A stretch of 64,000 nt of DNA from an uncultured Acidobacteriota bacterium (GTDB lineage: Bacteria; Acidobacteriota; UBA6911), in the NCBI GenBank assembly GCA_963843575.1, contig CAWJKZ010000027.1:1-64000 (forward strand), read 5' to 3'. This document shows, piece after piece, positions 10,439 through 22,231 of the stretch (within the stretch, counting starts at the first letter, position 1; the number at the start of each line of letters is the position of its first letter). Position numbers and translations under genes: made by a program. The notes under the pieces are model-generated. The model was given only the letters and a program-made list of their open reading frames with translations, ran no database searches and was not told where the DNA came from.

Positions 10439-13400
10439 ATGGTCGCCGAACTGCTCAGCCTGAAGGCCGCGCTGGAAAAAGCGGGTGTCTGGACGGCCGA
10501 GTCTGCGGCGGAGGCGGTGCTCCGGGCGGAGACAGCCACAGGGCTGGAGCCGGCGGACGACGAGTGTGCCGACATCTGGCGCAGGTATCTCGAGCTGACC
10601 GGGGGAGCGCAGTTCCTGCAGTCTCTGCCAGATCGCGCCTGGAGGTATCGCTGGGCCGAAACGGCGTTCGCCGCAATCCGCTCTTCGCGCTACACGCTGG
10701 CCGACCTGTTTGCGGTGCGCGTACACCACCACCCGGAACGGTTGCTGTTCCGGTCGGTGGATGCCGGCGTCCCGCAGTGGACCTACGGGGCGGTCGACCG
10801 GCGGCTGCGCGCGCTGGCGGGCCTTTTCCTCACCGCGACGCCCGTGGAGCCGCGGGTCGCGATCCTCGCCGACAACAGCATCGAGTCCGCCTGTTGCGAT
10901 CTCACCTGCCTCGTGCATGGGATTTTCGTCACGCCGCTCAGCGTCCACTTCGACGGGCCGACTCTGGCCTGGATCTTTGACCGGCTCGGGATCAACCTCG
11001 TCGTCACGGACACGGACGAACGCCACGAAAGGCTCGAGGGCGTTCGATCCGCTGCGCGACTGCCCTTCAGGGTATTCCGCACGCGCCCCCCGGCGAAGTG
11101 GGGCTCAGAGAACCTGGCCGCTGCCTGCATGATTCTCGATTTGACCGAGGTCGGCAGGCGTCTCCGCGGCCGGCCTGCGCCGACATCTCCACGCGGCCGC
11201 CACGGCGATGTTCACCTCCGGGAGCACGGGCCTGCCCAAAGGAGTCGTTTTCTCCCAGTACAATATCGTGACCAAGAGGTTCGCCCGCGCGGCAGCGCTC
11301 CCCGGGGTTGGAACGGGCGAGGTATTGCTCTGCTACCTTCCCCTCTACCACACGTTCGGCCGTTACCTCGAGATGCTCGGCACGGTCTTCTGGGGCGGGA
11401 CATACGTGTTCGCCGGCAACCCGTCGGTCGAGACCCTGCTCTCGCAGATGCAGCAGGTGCGGCCGACCGGGCTTGTCAGCATCCCCCTGCGCTGGAGCCA
11501 GATCCGCGATGCGGCACTGGAGCGGATGCGCGAGCGCGAGGGAAGCGCCGAACAGGAATCCGCCCTGCGCGAGGTCGTCGGCGACCGGCTGCGCTGGGGA
11601 TTGTCGGCAGCCGGATTCCTGGACGCGAAGGTCTTCCGTTTCTTCCAGCGCCACGGGGTCGACCTCTCGAGCGGGTTCGGGATGACCGAAGCCACGGGTG
11701 GGATCACGATGACCCCGCCGGGAGAGTATGTCGACAACAGCGTCGGCGTGCCGCTTCCGGGCGCCCGCATCCGGTTCGGCGGCGCGGGCGAGCTCCTGGT
11801 CACCGGCCCCTATGTCGCGCGCTATCTCCCCGAGGACAGCCCCGGGACGGACCTGCCCACCATCGGTCCGGACATCGAGTACTGGCTCCAGACCGGCGAT
11901 CTGTTCAGGCTGCACGACAACGGGCACCTCGAAATCGTCGACCGTATCAAGGACATCTATAAAAACAGCCGCGGACAGACGATCGCGCCGCGCCGCGTGG
12001 AACAGAAGTTCGAGGATGTCCCGGGGATCAGGAGGGCATTCCTCGTCGGGGACCACCGCGACTACAACGTCCTGCTGCTTGTCCCCAACCCGGAGGAACC
12101 TGTGCTGCAGGCGCCCGCCGACGAGTCCCAGGCGTACTTCCGTCACCTGGTGAGGGCCGCAAACGCGGGGCTGGCGCCCTATGAGCGCGTGGTCGCTTTC
12201 GCCGTGCTCGACCGCGACTTCGAGGTGGCACGCGGGGAGCTGACGGCCAAGGGGTCCTACCGGCGACGCGTCATCGAGGAGCACTTCCGGCCGGTCATCG
12301 AAACCCTCTACGAATCCAGTTTCACGCTCCTTGAATGCGGTGGGTTCCGCGTCCGTATCCCCCGTTGGTTCTTTCGGGACCTGGGGGTGCTGGAGAGCGA
12401 CATCGTCGCCGACGACAAGGGCCTGACGAACACGCACACGAGGGTGTCGCTCCGTCTGTCGGCCGCGGCTGGCCGGGACGTCGTTCGTCTGGGCGACCTC
12501 GAGTACGAACTGAGCGGATCGACCGTCGACCTGGGGCTCTTCGTCCGTCAGCCGAGGTTGTGGGTCGGCAACCAGGCTCTGACGGCCTTTTTCCCGTGCA
12601 AGGACGGGTGGGACGTACCCCTGACCGGGGTTTCTGCCCAGGTCCGGCTGCCCTGGGACCGCGCGACGCCGGATGCGCCGGTGGAGACCTGGTCTGTTGC
12701 CGGGCTGTCGGACGAGCGCCTCCGCGAGATTCACGCCTGGTCCAGCCGGGTCTTCCTGGGCTCGTCGGCGGAGGTCCTCGAGGCGGTCGATCGCATGGGC
12801 GCGGCGCTGCGTGGTGCCGGGGCGCGTTATGCCCCGCTGATCCGCAGGCGTCTCGAGGCGCTCTCCAGGCATCCTCGGGAGGACGTACGCTGTCTCGCCT
12901 ACCGGATACTGCTCGCCGACGAACCCGGCGGCGAGTACAGCGAGTCTTTTCCCGCGTTTGTCGAATCGGGGCTCACCTTCCTGACCGAGGAGTCCATTCG
13001 CCGGATCGCCGAATCGAACCTGAGGGAGTCCCATCTCGATGCCCTGCGGCAGAGGCTGTTCCGCTACCGCCAGGACCTGAAGTGGCCCGCCGAACCGGCC
13101 ACGCGGGAGCAATTCCGGCGGATCTTCGTTCTTCTCGACGCGTTTGCGCGCCACCATCCGCATTACTTCCCCCCCGTGCGTGCCGAACTGGCCGCCTGGG
13201 CCTTGCACGAACCCGATCGCGAACTCGCGGACGAAGCGAGGACTGTGTTGGACGAGGCTTCCAAGTTCCATAGGGATTCGCTTACCGCAAGCCGGGGGAC
13301 AAGCCGCTGGCGGGACCCTGCTTTTCGAAGACGGCCTCCCCCCACCGGCGACTTCGCGGCTCAAGGACATCCTCGTTGACCCGTCCTTCCTGACCGAGTC

Positions 13401-14999
13401 GGTGCGGTTGGCGTTTTCGGAAGACGGTTTCGCCTGGGGCCAGATACTCCGCCAGGGGATCTGGGTGTCTCAGCTCTCGTCCCAGCACCGGCTCGACCTC
13501 TTCCGCGTCAGCTTGAACCTTCGCGACGGTAAGCACTTCGACCTGCTCGTCGCGACCGGCGACGACCTCAAGGACCACAGCGCTTACGAGACGGTCCTCT
13601 GGATGACGGCGCTTTCGAGCCTGCCTTACGCCGCGCCCGCGGTGCCCCCTTTCGGAGCCTATCGTCCGGACTTGGGCGCCCTGTCAGTCGCCTACGTCGG
13701 CGACCTGACAGCGTGGGAGAGAATCCGGGAATTGAGCAGTTCGCGCGTCCCGTCGGCGGATCACGCCTGGCAGCACCTGTGTGACGCGAGGCGTGGCGGC
13801 GTTTTTCAGGCTGTGGCGTCTCAGCGGGAAGCGCCTGGTCCCGGGCCTCGTCGGCCCCGCCAACGTCGTCGTCCCGGAGGCCGATTTCCGCGAAGCGGCG
13901 CTCGTGCTCTCGCTCGCAGGCTCCCTGCCCTATTCCGGGCCGCTCGCGACTCGTGCGCCCCATGCTGCGCAACTTCTACAGGCAAACCGCGGCGCACTAC
14001 CCCAAGAGCTGGAACCACCTCCGGGTGGGATGGATTTTCGACGCCGCCATGGAGGGGCTGGGGCAGGCAGAAGCGGGTGAGTTCCTGGAGCACCTCAGCC
14101 GGGAACTCGCGGGAGACCCGCATGCGCCGGAGGAGCGGGAACTGGCGGTGGCGCTGGAAGCGTTCCTCCAGCTCCACCGCGACCAGCCCTACCTGCCGCT
14201 GGCACTCGCGTGCGCCATCGACCGCTTTGCCGACTGGGAGAGGATCAACCCGAATGCCACGCGCGCAGCGCGCGATGAGCAGGCCGACCAGCTCTACCGC
14301 CTCTACCGCCTCGACAGGTTCCCAAACCTCGTTCGATATCACCTCTACCGCCACACATACTTCGCCCGGGCCGAGGAGCAGGTTGCGGCGGCCTTCGACC
14401 GCCTGCTGGCGGCCGCGTCGGGCGATCCCGGGGCACCGCCGCCGAGCTGGAGCGGCTTTCGGATCTGCAGGCCGCCCTGAGCCACCCGGCGGACCGCGAC
14501 GTGTTCAGCCGTATGGTGCTCCCGCAGGCCCGCCCCGGTCACGAGGTCCAGATCACGGCCCTCGGGCGAGGGGAATGGCAAACAGGTCGTCCTGCGCACC
14601 CACATCGCCGACAGCCACGGGATCCAATACGAAGTCCGGGAACCCGTCGGCGCTTCCGAGGTCGGGTACATGTTCAGGCTGCTGTTCGAAGAGGGCGCCC
14701 CCGCGCACATCTCGGAGCAGGAAAAGTTCCTGGTGGCCCTCGACGACCAGGAACGCATCGTGGCCGCCCTGCGCTACCGGACCGAAGATGCTTCACTGGT
14801 CTCGCTGGAGGGAATCGCCGTATCGAACGCGCTCAAAGGCCGCCGGATCGGCAGCATGCTGCTGGACGATTTCTGTGTCCGTGCTGCCGCCGTGGGCGCG
14901 CGGGTGATCAGGACGGGGTTCATCCTGCGCCGGTTTTTCGCGGCGAACGGCTTTCGTGCGGATGCGCGCTGGGGCGGGCTCGTGCGATTTCTTGCCTGA
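10439..14999 (+). CDS. Large multidomain protein: long-chain acyl-CoA-ligase (AMP-binding) domain + long extension + C-terminal GNAT; frameshifted
   Basis: FTSGSTGLPKG, LPLYH, GFGMTE, TGDL, DRIKD in 11208..13379; continuous coding through 13144, 13781, 13953, 14501 and 14670 frames; GNAT motif A 'IAVSNALKGRRIGSMLL' and 'FFAANGF'. Confidence 0.75.
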
Positions 15000-15081
15000 A
15001 ATGGCGAACTAAACCGGCCCGGTTTACGTACATCATCGATGCGGGCCCGAACAATCCCCCGCCTTGCGCCTGGAGACGGAC

Positions 15082-15246
15082 ATGGCATTTCTGAAGAAGC
15101 TTCTGCTGCGAATGAGAAACCGGCCGGTCAAGAGGGTGCGGATCTGCGTCGAGTGCGGCATGCCGATCCAGGAGCATAGGGAATGGTGCGCCATCTTCAG
15201 GACAATGCAGGAGATGCAGTCGCCGCCCGAGCCGCGTGAAGTGTGA
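15082..15246 (+). CDS. Small (54 aa) putative zinc-binding protein
   Basis: RBS GGAG, MAFLKKLLL..CVECGMPIQEHREWC (CxxC-x6-H-x3-C). Confidence 0.55.
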   Translation: MAFLKKLLLRMRNRPVKRVRICVECGMPIQEHREWCAIFRTMQEMQSPPEPREV

Positions 15247-15276
15247 TCCATCCCCTCGCCCACAAGCGAAGCGGGT

Positions 15277-16551
15277 TCAGGCGCGGTCCCACAACATCGT
15301 TTTGCTCTGGCGGTACGCCTCGACTCCCAGTTTGATGGCGACCATGGTAGCCGTCCCCAGATCCACGTTGCAGTAGGGCGTGCCCCCGTTACGAATGCAG
15401 TCGAAGAAATTGCCGCGCAGGTCGGGGCGGGTATCGGGCGCGACCGTCACCCTGGTGTAGCCGCCGTTCAGATCCCGGAATTCCTGAACGTAATCGCCGT
15501 TCCCCGTTAACGTCATGTCCCCCCCGCGGCCGGCGCCGTCGGAGTCGTTGGCGATTTCGAGGGTGCCGTACTGGCCGTAGATCCGGGTGGGCACCGGCGT
15601 GTCGTTCGTCAGGACGCTCGTGAGATTCACCGTGAACTTCGACGGGTAGTCGACGGTCATGATGAAGACGTCGGGGATCTCGCGGCCGTCGTTGATGATG
15701 TACAGTCCGCCCCCGGCGCTCACGCGCCGCGGGAACTCGCCCTTGTCCCCGGAGATGGCGATCAGCAGGGGAGCCAGGAAGTGGTAGAGGAGGTCTGTCG
15801 CAACCCCGCCGTTGTAGGGCCAGTACTTGCGGAACCGGAAGAAATGCTCCGGGTTCCAGGCGATCTTGGGCGCCAGCCCCCACTGCGAACCGAGCCACAT
15901 GTCCCAGTTCACGTAGTCCTCTCCCGGCTTGTCCGGGCCGGCGGTCTCGTCGATCGGGAACCAGGTGTTGAAGGCCTCCCCCTTGATGTTGCGGTTGTAG
16001 CCGCCCTGGGCCCAGCTGACCTGCCCGATCTTGCCCGCCTTGATGAGCTGCTGAGCCTTCCAGAAACGGTCGTCGGCCGTGCGGTTCGGGCCGACCTGGA
16101 AGACCTTCCCGTATTTCCGGACCGCATCCTGGACCTCGAACGCCTGGTCGACCGTGAGGGTCATCGGCTTTTCGCAGTAGACGTGCTTGCCGGCAGCGAG
16201 GGCCTCGATGCTGATTTTCGAGTGCCAGTGGTCGGGTGTGGCGATGAACACGGCGTCGACGTCCTTCTGCTTCAGCAGCTCGCGGTAGTCCATGTAGCCG
16301 CGCCCGCCGCACTTCTCCCTGGCTTTGGTGACACGCCGCTGGTAGACGTCGCACACCGCCACGACACTGCACTTGTAGTCGTCGGCCTTGGTGGTCAACG
16401 CGTTCAGGTGACCGGAACCCATCCCGCCGACACCGATCATTCCGACATTGATGCGGTCGCCGGCGCCCATGACCCGGTTCCGGCTCGCCGCGGTCAATAC
16501 GGCGGCCGAGACCGCCCCGGACTTGAGAAAATCACGACGTGTCTGCTTCAT
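15277..16551 (-). CDS. Tat-exported Gfo/Idh/MocA oxidoreductase
   Basis: TRRDFLK, IGVGGMG, ATPDHWH, HVYCEKP. Confidence 0.9.
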   Translation of the reverse strand: MKQTRRDFLKSGAVSAAVLTAASRNRVMGAGDRINVGMIGVGGMGSGHLNALTTKADDYKCSVVAVCDVYQRRVTKAREKCGGRGYMDYRELLKQKDVDAVFIATPDHWHSKISIEALAAGKHVYCEKPMTLTVDQAFEVQDAVRKYGKVFQVGPNRTADDRFWKAQQLIKAGKIGQVSWAQGGYNRNIKGEAFNTWFPIDETAGPDKPGEDYVNWDMWLGSQWGLAPKIAWNPEHFFRFRKYWPYNGGVATDLLYHFLAPLLIAISGDKGEFPRRVSAGGGLYIINDGREIPDVFIMTVDYPSKFTVNLTSVLTNDTPVPTRIYGQYGTLEIANDSDGAGRGGDMTLTGNGDYVQEFRDLNGGYTRVTVAPDTRPDLRGNFFDCIRNGGTPYCNVDLGTATMVAIKLGVEAYRQSKTMLWDRA

Positions 16552-16620
16552 CCCGAACTCCAGTGCATTGTGGTTGGATTCATCGCGCGGGCCGCCGGTG
16601 GGCGGTGAGCGCACCGGTCC

Positions 16621-16715
16621 AATCTAAGCGCGCCCCTCCGCAGAGTCAAGCAGCCGGGCGGCGCGCCATCCCCCCGTCATTCGGCTTGCATCCGCGGTTG
16701 CGGCACACATAGAAT
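16621..16715. promoter_or_regulatory. Back-to-back sigma70-like promoters
   Basis: Minus: TTGACT-17-TAGATT (16649..16621); plus: TTGCAT-18-TAGAAT (16686..16715). Confidence 0.55.
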
Positions 16716-16733
16716 CGCGCTCACAGGTGGAAA

Positions 16734-17618
16734 ATGACAATGCGGAAACCGTCACTTACACGCCGCTCTTTGCTCTCCCGCACGCTCCGCGCGACGGTCC
16801 TGGGCGGGATCGCACCGGCAACAGGGTTCACGGGGATGCCCGCGGCGCGCAGATTCAGGATCGGCACCGTGGACTGGGAACTCACCAAGGCCGGGGACCC
16901 GCAGGCCCTGTCCGCCGCGGCCCGCCTGGGCTTCGACGGGCTGCAGGTGGACCTCGGCGACGTCAAATCGATGCAGGACCCCGCCCGCCGCGAGCTGTAC
17001 GGCTCGGCGGCGAGGAAATACAACACCACGATCGGATCGCTCGCTCTGGGCATCCTCAACGAGGTGCCGTACGCGTCCGATCCCAGGGGGCAGACGCTCG
17101 TGGACGCCGCCATCGACATCGCCGCCGCCATGAAGCAGAAGGTCCTGCTGCTGGCGTTCTTCGACAAGGGCGACCTGAACCGGCCGGAAAACAGCGACGA
17201 GCAACTCGTGGCGCGGCTGAAGGAAAACGCCCCGAAGGCGCAACGCGCCGGGGTCGTGCTCGGGCTCGAGGCGGAGATCCCCGTCCGGCGCTACCGTCGC
17301 ATCCTCGATCAGGTCGGGTCGCCTGCCGTGAAGGCCTACTTCGACCTGGTTCACGCCCACACGGCCGGGGGCGACTTCTACGAAGAGATCACGTCGCTCT
17401 CCGGCAGGATCTGCGAGTTCCACGCGAAAGACTACGGGAACGTCCTGTTCGGGCAGGGCGACGTGGATTTCAAACAGGTGCGTCGCGCCATGGATGCGAT
17501 CGGGTACAGCGGCTGGATTCACGTCGAGCAGTGGGCCGAGATCAAGGGGGACAAGCCCCTGGGCTTCGATGAAACCCACCGTCGAAACCTGCACTATCTC
17601 CGCACGATTTTTGAGTGA
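16734..17618 (+). CDS. Tat-exported sugar phosphate isomerase/epimerase (xylose-isomerase-like TIM barrel)
   Basis: TRRSLL; GFDGLQ, LGLE, YFD, FHAKD, GYSGWIHVE. Confidence 0.85.
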   Translation: MTMRKPSLTRRSLLSRTLRATVLGGIAPATGFTGMPAARRFRIGTVDWELTKAGDPQALSAAARLGFDGLQVDLGDVKSMQDPARRELYGSAARKYNTTIGSLALGILNEVPYASDPRGQTLVDAAIDIAAAMKQKVLLLAFFDKGDLNRPENSDEQLVARLKENAPKAQRAGVVLGLEAEIPVRRYRRILDQVGSPAVKAYFDLVHAHTAGGDFYEEITSLSGRICEFHAKDYGNVLFGQGDVDFKQVRRAMDAIGYSGWIHVEQWAEIKGDKPLGFDETHRRNLHYLRTIFE

Positions 17619-17759
17619 TGGTCGATGGCGGTTTTCGGACGTGGGTCGACGCGGATCCACGAGGATGAAGACCGATTGCCGCCACATCGGCACAATTATG
17701 AAATCGCGTACTCGGGCCCCCGGGCCGTGTCGGGCCGCCGCGGCCCACTGCGGAATGCG

Positions 17760-18951
17760 ATGACACCTGAACGGCTGCTCGCCTTGCTGGCTACCTACCG
17801 CGACGGGCTCCTGAACGACACTCTGCCGTTCTGGATCCCGCGCGCGATCGACCGCGACTGCGGTGGCTACCTGACCGCGCTCGACCAGGACGGCTCCGTC
17901 CTTCACACGGACAAGCCCGTCTGGGTGCAGGGGCGATTCGCCTGGCTGCTCGCGACACTCTACAACACCGTCGAACGGCGGCCCGAGTGGCTCGAACTCT
18001 CCCGGCACGGCATCGACTTCCTCCGGAAGCACTGTTTCGACACGGACGGACGGATGTTTTATTCCGTCACCCGGGAAGGCCGACCGCTGCGCAAGCGGCG
18101 CTATCTCTTTTCCGAATCGTTCGCGGTCATCGCGCTGGCCGCCTACGCGACGGCCGCAGGCGACGACGCCTCCAGGCGCGAGGCCTTGGACCTCTTCCGT
18201 CTGATCCTCCGCTACCACACGACCCCCGGCCTGCTCGAACCCAAGGTCATCCCGGAAACGCGGCCGATGAAGGGGCTCGCCATGCCGATGATCCTCCTGG
18301 CTACCGCCCAGGAGCTGCGGAAAGCGACCAACGATCCCCTCTGCACCGAGGTCATCGACCGGAGCATCGCGGAGATCGAGTCCGATTTTCTCAAACCGGA
18401 GTTCCGCTGCGTGCTCGAGACGGTCGGCCCGCGCGGCGAATTCTACGACACGTTCGAGGGGAGGACCGTCTGCCCGGGGCATGCGATCGAGGCCGGCTGG
18501 TTCATCCTCGAGGAGGCTCGCCGCCGCGGCCGGGACCCACGGCTTATCCGCCTCGGCACCGGGATCATCGACTGGTCGTTCGAAGCAGGCTGGGACCGGG
18601 AGTACGGGGGCATCGTCTACTTACACCGACGCCCGCGGCCTGCCCAGCACGGAATACCCGCACGACATGAAGCTCTGGTGGCCGCACAACGAGGCGATCA
18701 TCGCCACGCTCCTCGCCTACCAGCTCACCGGCGACACGGAGTACGCCCGCCGGCACGCGCTGGTCCACGACTGGGCCTACAGCCACTTCCCCGACCCGAT
18801 GCACGGCGAGTGGTTCGGCTACCTCCACCGCGACGGGAGCGTGTCGACCCGGCTGAAGGGGAACATGTGGAAGGGGCCGTTCCATCTGCCGCGCATGCAG
18901 TGGTACTGCTGGCAGCGGCTCGAAGAGGTCAGCCGGGGAGTGGCTTCGTGA
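17760..18951 (+). CDS. AGE family N-acylglucosamine 2-epimerase, frameshift ~18620
   Basis: LPFW, DKPVWVQGR, GHAIEAGWF, WWPHNE, KGPFHLPR. Confidence 0.85.
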
Positions 18952-20720
18952 GCGAGCGCCGGCTTCCAGGCACGCTCGGCGGGCTCGATTATGCCGTCAT
19001 GGGCGCCTACATGCTCGTCCTGCTCGCGCTCGGCGCCCTTCTGCGCAAACGGGCCGGGAGCGACATGGAGAGCTACTTCCTGGCGGGCCGGAAAATGCCG
19101 GGCTGGCTCAACGGCTGCTCCTACGCCGCGACCTGCATGAACGCCGACGTGGCCCCCGCCTATTGCGGCATGACCGTCATCACCGGCACCTACATCTGCT
19201 GGTGGTACCTGAGCCGGTTCGGCCTCGCCCTGATGATCGGCGCGGTGCTGTTCGCGACGCTTCTGGCGGCGGCTCTCCCTGACGACCTCGCCGGAGTTCT
19301 ACGAGCTCCGTTTCGGGGGCGGGCCGGCGCTCGCCATCCGCACGTGGGTGGCGCTGCGCAGCGCCTTCATCGCCGTCGTCGCCTGGACCGGGCGCCGGCC
19401 TCCTGGGCATGCACAAGGTCGCGCAGCCGATGCTCGGCTGGAGCATCTGGACGACCTTCGCGGTCGTGATCCCCATCATCCTGTTCTACGTGCTCCTGTC
19501 CGGCTACGTCGGGGTCGTCATCTCCGATTTCTTCCAGACCCTCGTCATCATCGCGGCGTCGCTGGTCCTCATGTGGGCGGTGCAGGCCGACTTCGGGGGC
19601 CCGTCCGGCCTGTACAGCGCCCTGGTCGCCTCGTTCGGCAGCGAGGTGGTGAGCTGGCACCCCCCGCTGCAGCCACGAACTGCTGGGCATGGTCGGGGTG
19701 CTGGCGTGGACGGTGGGGACCGCGGTCGGTTACGGCGGCGACACCGCCCCCATGGCGGGCGCCATGGAAGGTCAGCGCATCCTTTCGTGCCGCGACGGCC
19801 GCGAGGCGTCGAAGATGTACGTCTGGACCCAGGCGGTGCTCTTTCTCATGCTCACGGTCCTGACCCTGCCCGCCCTCGGCGCGATGGTGCGCTGGCCGGG
19901 GCTGCGCGACGGGACCATCAACAAGGAACTGGCCTACGGCATGCTGCTCGGCCACTACCTTCCCGCCGGCCTGCTCGGGCTCGCCGTCAGCGGCATTCTC
20001 GCGGCGATCATGTCGACGGTCAGCTCGAACATGAACTTCGGGGCCCAGGTTTTCCTCAACGACGTCTACCGCCGGTCCCTCGTCCGCAGCGCGTCCGACC
20101 GACACTACCTCGTCGTCGGACGCGTGGTCGCCGCCGTGATCGTCGCTCTGGCCGTCGTGGTCGCGGTCAGCGCCCGGAACGTGATCGACATTTCGATCTT
20201 CATGCTCGGGCTTTCGTCGGCGGAACTGACCGCCAACTGGGCCCAGTGGTGGTGGTGGCGTTTCAACGGCAAGGCGCGCCTGGCGGCCTCTTTCGGCGGA
20301 CCCGCGCTTTTCCTGCTCAATCAGCTCGTCGTGTTCAAGTTCTTCGTCGACGCCGGCCCGGACACCCCCTACCTCGTCGTCTTCGCGTCGATGGCCGAGA
20401 CCTGCCTCCTGTGGTTCGCCGTGGCGCGGCTTACCGCACCGGAGCCGACCGAAAGGCTCGTCGAATTCTACCGGCGGGCCCGGCCCATGGGATGGTGGGG
20501 GCCGATCGCGCGGCAGGCCGGGGACGTTCCGTCGGGATTGCCGCCGATCGCCCGCGGCATCGGCATCGCCGCCCTGGGGGCCACCATGATCGGCTCGGCC
20601 GTGGTCGCTCTCTCGTGCGCATATGTCGCGCGCTGGACCCCGGCCGCCGTGGCCCTGACGCTGGCGGTCGCCGCAGGAATCGCCTTCCGCAGGCGCTTCA
20701 TTCCCTTCGTCTCCAGGTGA
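18948..20720 (+). CDS. Sodium:solute symporter family transporter, frameshifted
   Basis: GTGA overlap with epimerase; YFLAGRKMP, SDFFQ, GLLGL...AAIMST, ND(V)YR; many TM segments. Confidence 0.85.
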
Positions 20721-20818
20721 TCTCCGCCGGAGATGCAGCTTGCCCCGACCCTGCTGGAAGCACCAACTCTGGTCTGGTAAAGTTCTCACTGATTGAGCGG
20801 GGGATCGGGTGAAGAGGG

Positions 20819-21437
20819 ATGCAAAGACGAGTCTTTCTCGCCGGCCTGGTGCTGCCGGCAGCCACGGCCGTGTTGCCGAAGGAGTCGCGTACGATGACGG
20901 AAGAGACCAGGTTAGCCACTTTTGGCTCCGGTTGTTTCTGGTGCACCGAGGCCATCTTCGGACAACTCGAGGGCGTGAAGAAAGTGGTGTCGGGATACGC
21001 CGGCGGGAACGCGCAGCACCCCACCTACGAGCAGGTCTGCAGCGGCACCACCGGCCACGCCGAGGCGTGCCAGATCACCTACGCGCCCGCCACAATCAGC
21101 TACGACGCAGCTCCTGGAGGTCTTCTGGAAGACCCACGACCCCACGACCCGAAACCGCCAGGGGAACGATGTCGGCACGCAGTATCGCTCCGTGATTTTC
21201 TACCACGACGATGAGCAGAAACGCCTCGCCGAGGCTTACATGGCAAAGCTGGAGGCCGCCCACATCTGGGAACGGCCGATCGTCACCGAAATCGTGCCCT
21301 TTACCCGGTTCTGGCCCGCCGAGGACTACCACCAGGACTACTACGCCAGTAATCCCAGGCAAAGCTACTGCTCTTTCGTGATCACTCCCAAGATCGAGAA
21401 GTTTCGGAAAGTGTTCAGCGATCGCCTCAAGAAATAG
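20819..21437 (+). CDS. msrA: Peptide-methionine (S)-S-oxide reductase with Tat-like leader, frameshift ~21110
   Basis: [31 protein letters not shown]; leader [10 protein letters not shown]. Confidence 0.92.
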
Positions 21438-21452
21438 TCGCAGACAGTTCTG

Positions 21453-21625
21453 TTGTGGAGTGCGGCGGCTCGACGCCGCTTTGGTGGCGGCGCCTCGGCG
21501 CCACCAAAGGCCGAGGTCGCAGGGTCGCATCTCGCAATGCGGCGTGGCGCCGAGGCGCCGAGCATTCCTGCCGTAGGACGAGTGAAAGCGGCGCCGAGGC
21601 GCCGCACTCCAGATTACTTCAGTTC
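21453..21625. repeat. REP doublet (family A, GGAGTGCGGCGGCTCGACGCCGCTTT...AAAGCGGCGCCGAGGCGCCGCACTCC), copy 1
   Basis: Near-identical to 22251-22424; partial or degenerate copies at ~32577, 39420, 42615, 46637. Confidence 0.9.
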
Positions 21626-22062
21626 TACGGGTGCATGTGGAGGTGGCGGTTGATGACCTGGCGCGCGTCGCGCTGTATATTGTCCCACTCCGCCGAGGGC
21701 GCCTTGTGCAGCATGATCATGGTTCGGTCCACGACGACCTCCGTGACGCCCGGGATGGCGAAAAGGTCGCGGACCAGGCCGTCGTCCATCACCGAAACGT
21801 CCTGCACCCCCACGTAGCGGCGGTTTGTCTCGGTGATCTTCGTCCCCAGGGAAAACATGCAGGCCTCGATGCCCGGCACCACCGACTCGGACAGGATCCC
21901 GGGGCGGTCGTCCGCCGAAGGGCCCTTCGGGGTGCCACGGTAGTACAGGAAGACCGCAGAGACGAAAACCCCGAGGGCAACCATGATGGCCAGGAAGAAG
22001 AGAAGGTTGACGCCCTCGTACCTGCTGAGATTCTTGCGGCCGGCCGGCAGTTTTTGGCCCAT
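21625..22062 (-). CDS. Membrane-anchored NifU/Nfu N-terminal-domain protein
   Basis: RBS GAGGA; one TM helix; 'LFAIPGVTEVVV..IMLHKAPSAEWDNI' matches the Nfu_N pattern. Confidence 0.65.
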   Translation of the reverse strand: MGQKLPAGRKNLSRYEGVNLLFFLAIMVALGVFVSAVFLYYRGTPKGPSADDRPGILSESVVPGIEACMFSLGTKITETNRRYVGVQDVSVMDDGLVRDLFAIPGVTEVVVDRTMIMLHKAPSAEWDNIQRDARQVINRHLHMHP

Positions 22063-22231
22063 CAGTTCCTCGGAACTCTCGGAAGACAACCCTGGCTTTG
22101 ATGCCTACGTGTAACTCTACGCCCGCGCGCCGCGAACGTTTCTGTTCATCTGAGAGCATCATAATTATACGAAATAAGTTGGCCGGACGCCTCCACGGGT
22201 TAAGGCAAGAAAAAAGAGGATCCGGGCTGAA

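Noticed and set aside
17625-19469. Apparent AGE-SSS fusion ORF
   Set aside because: Artefact of a frameshift at ~18620; the epimerase has its own stop at 18951 overlapping the SSS GTG.
21365-21817. Short ORFs spanning the REP doublets (e.g. MECGGSTPLW...)
   Set aside because: Translations of the repeat itself.
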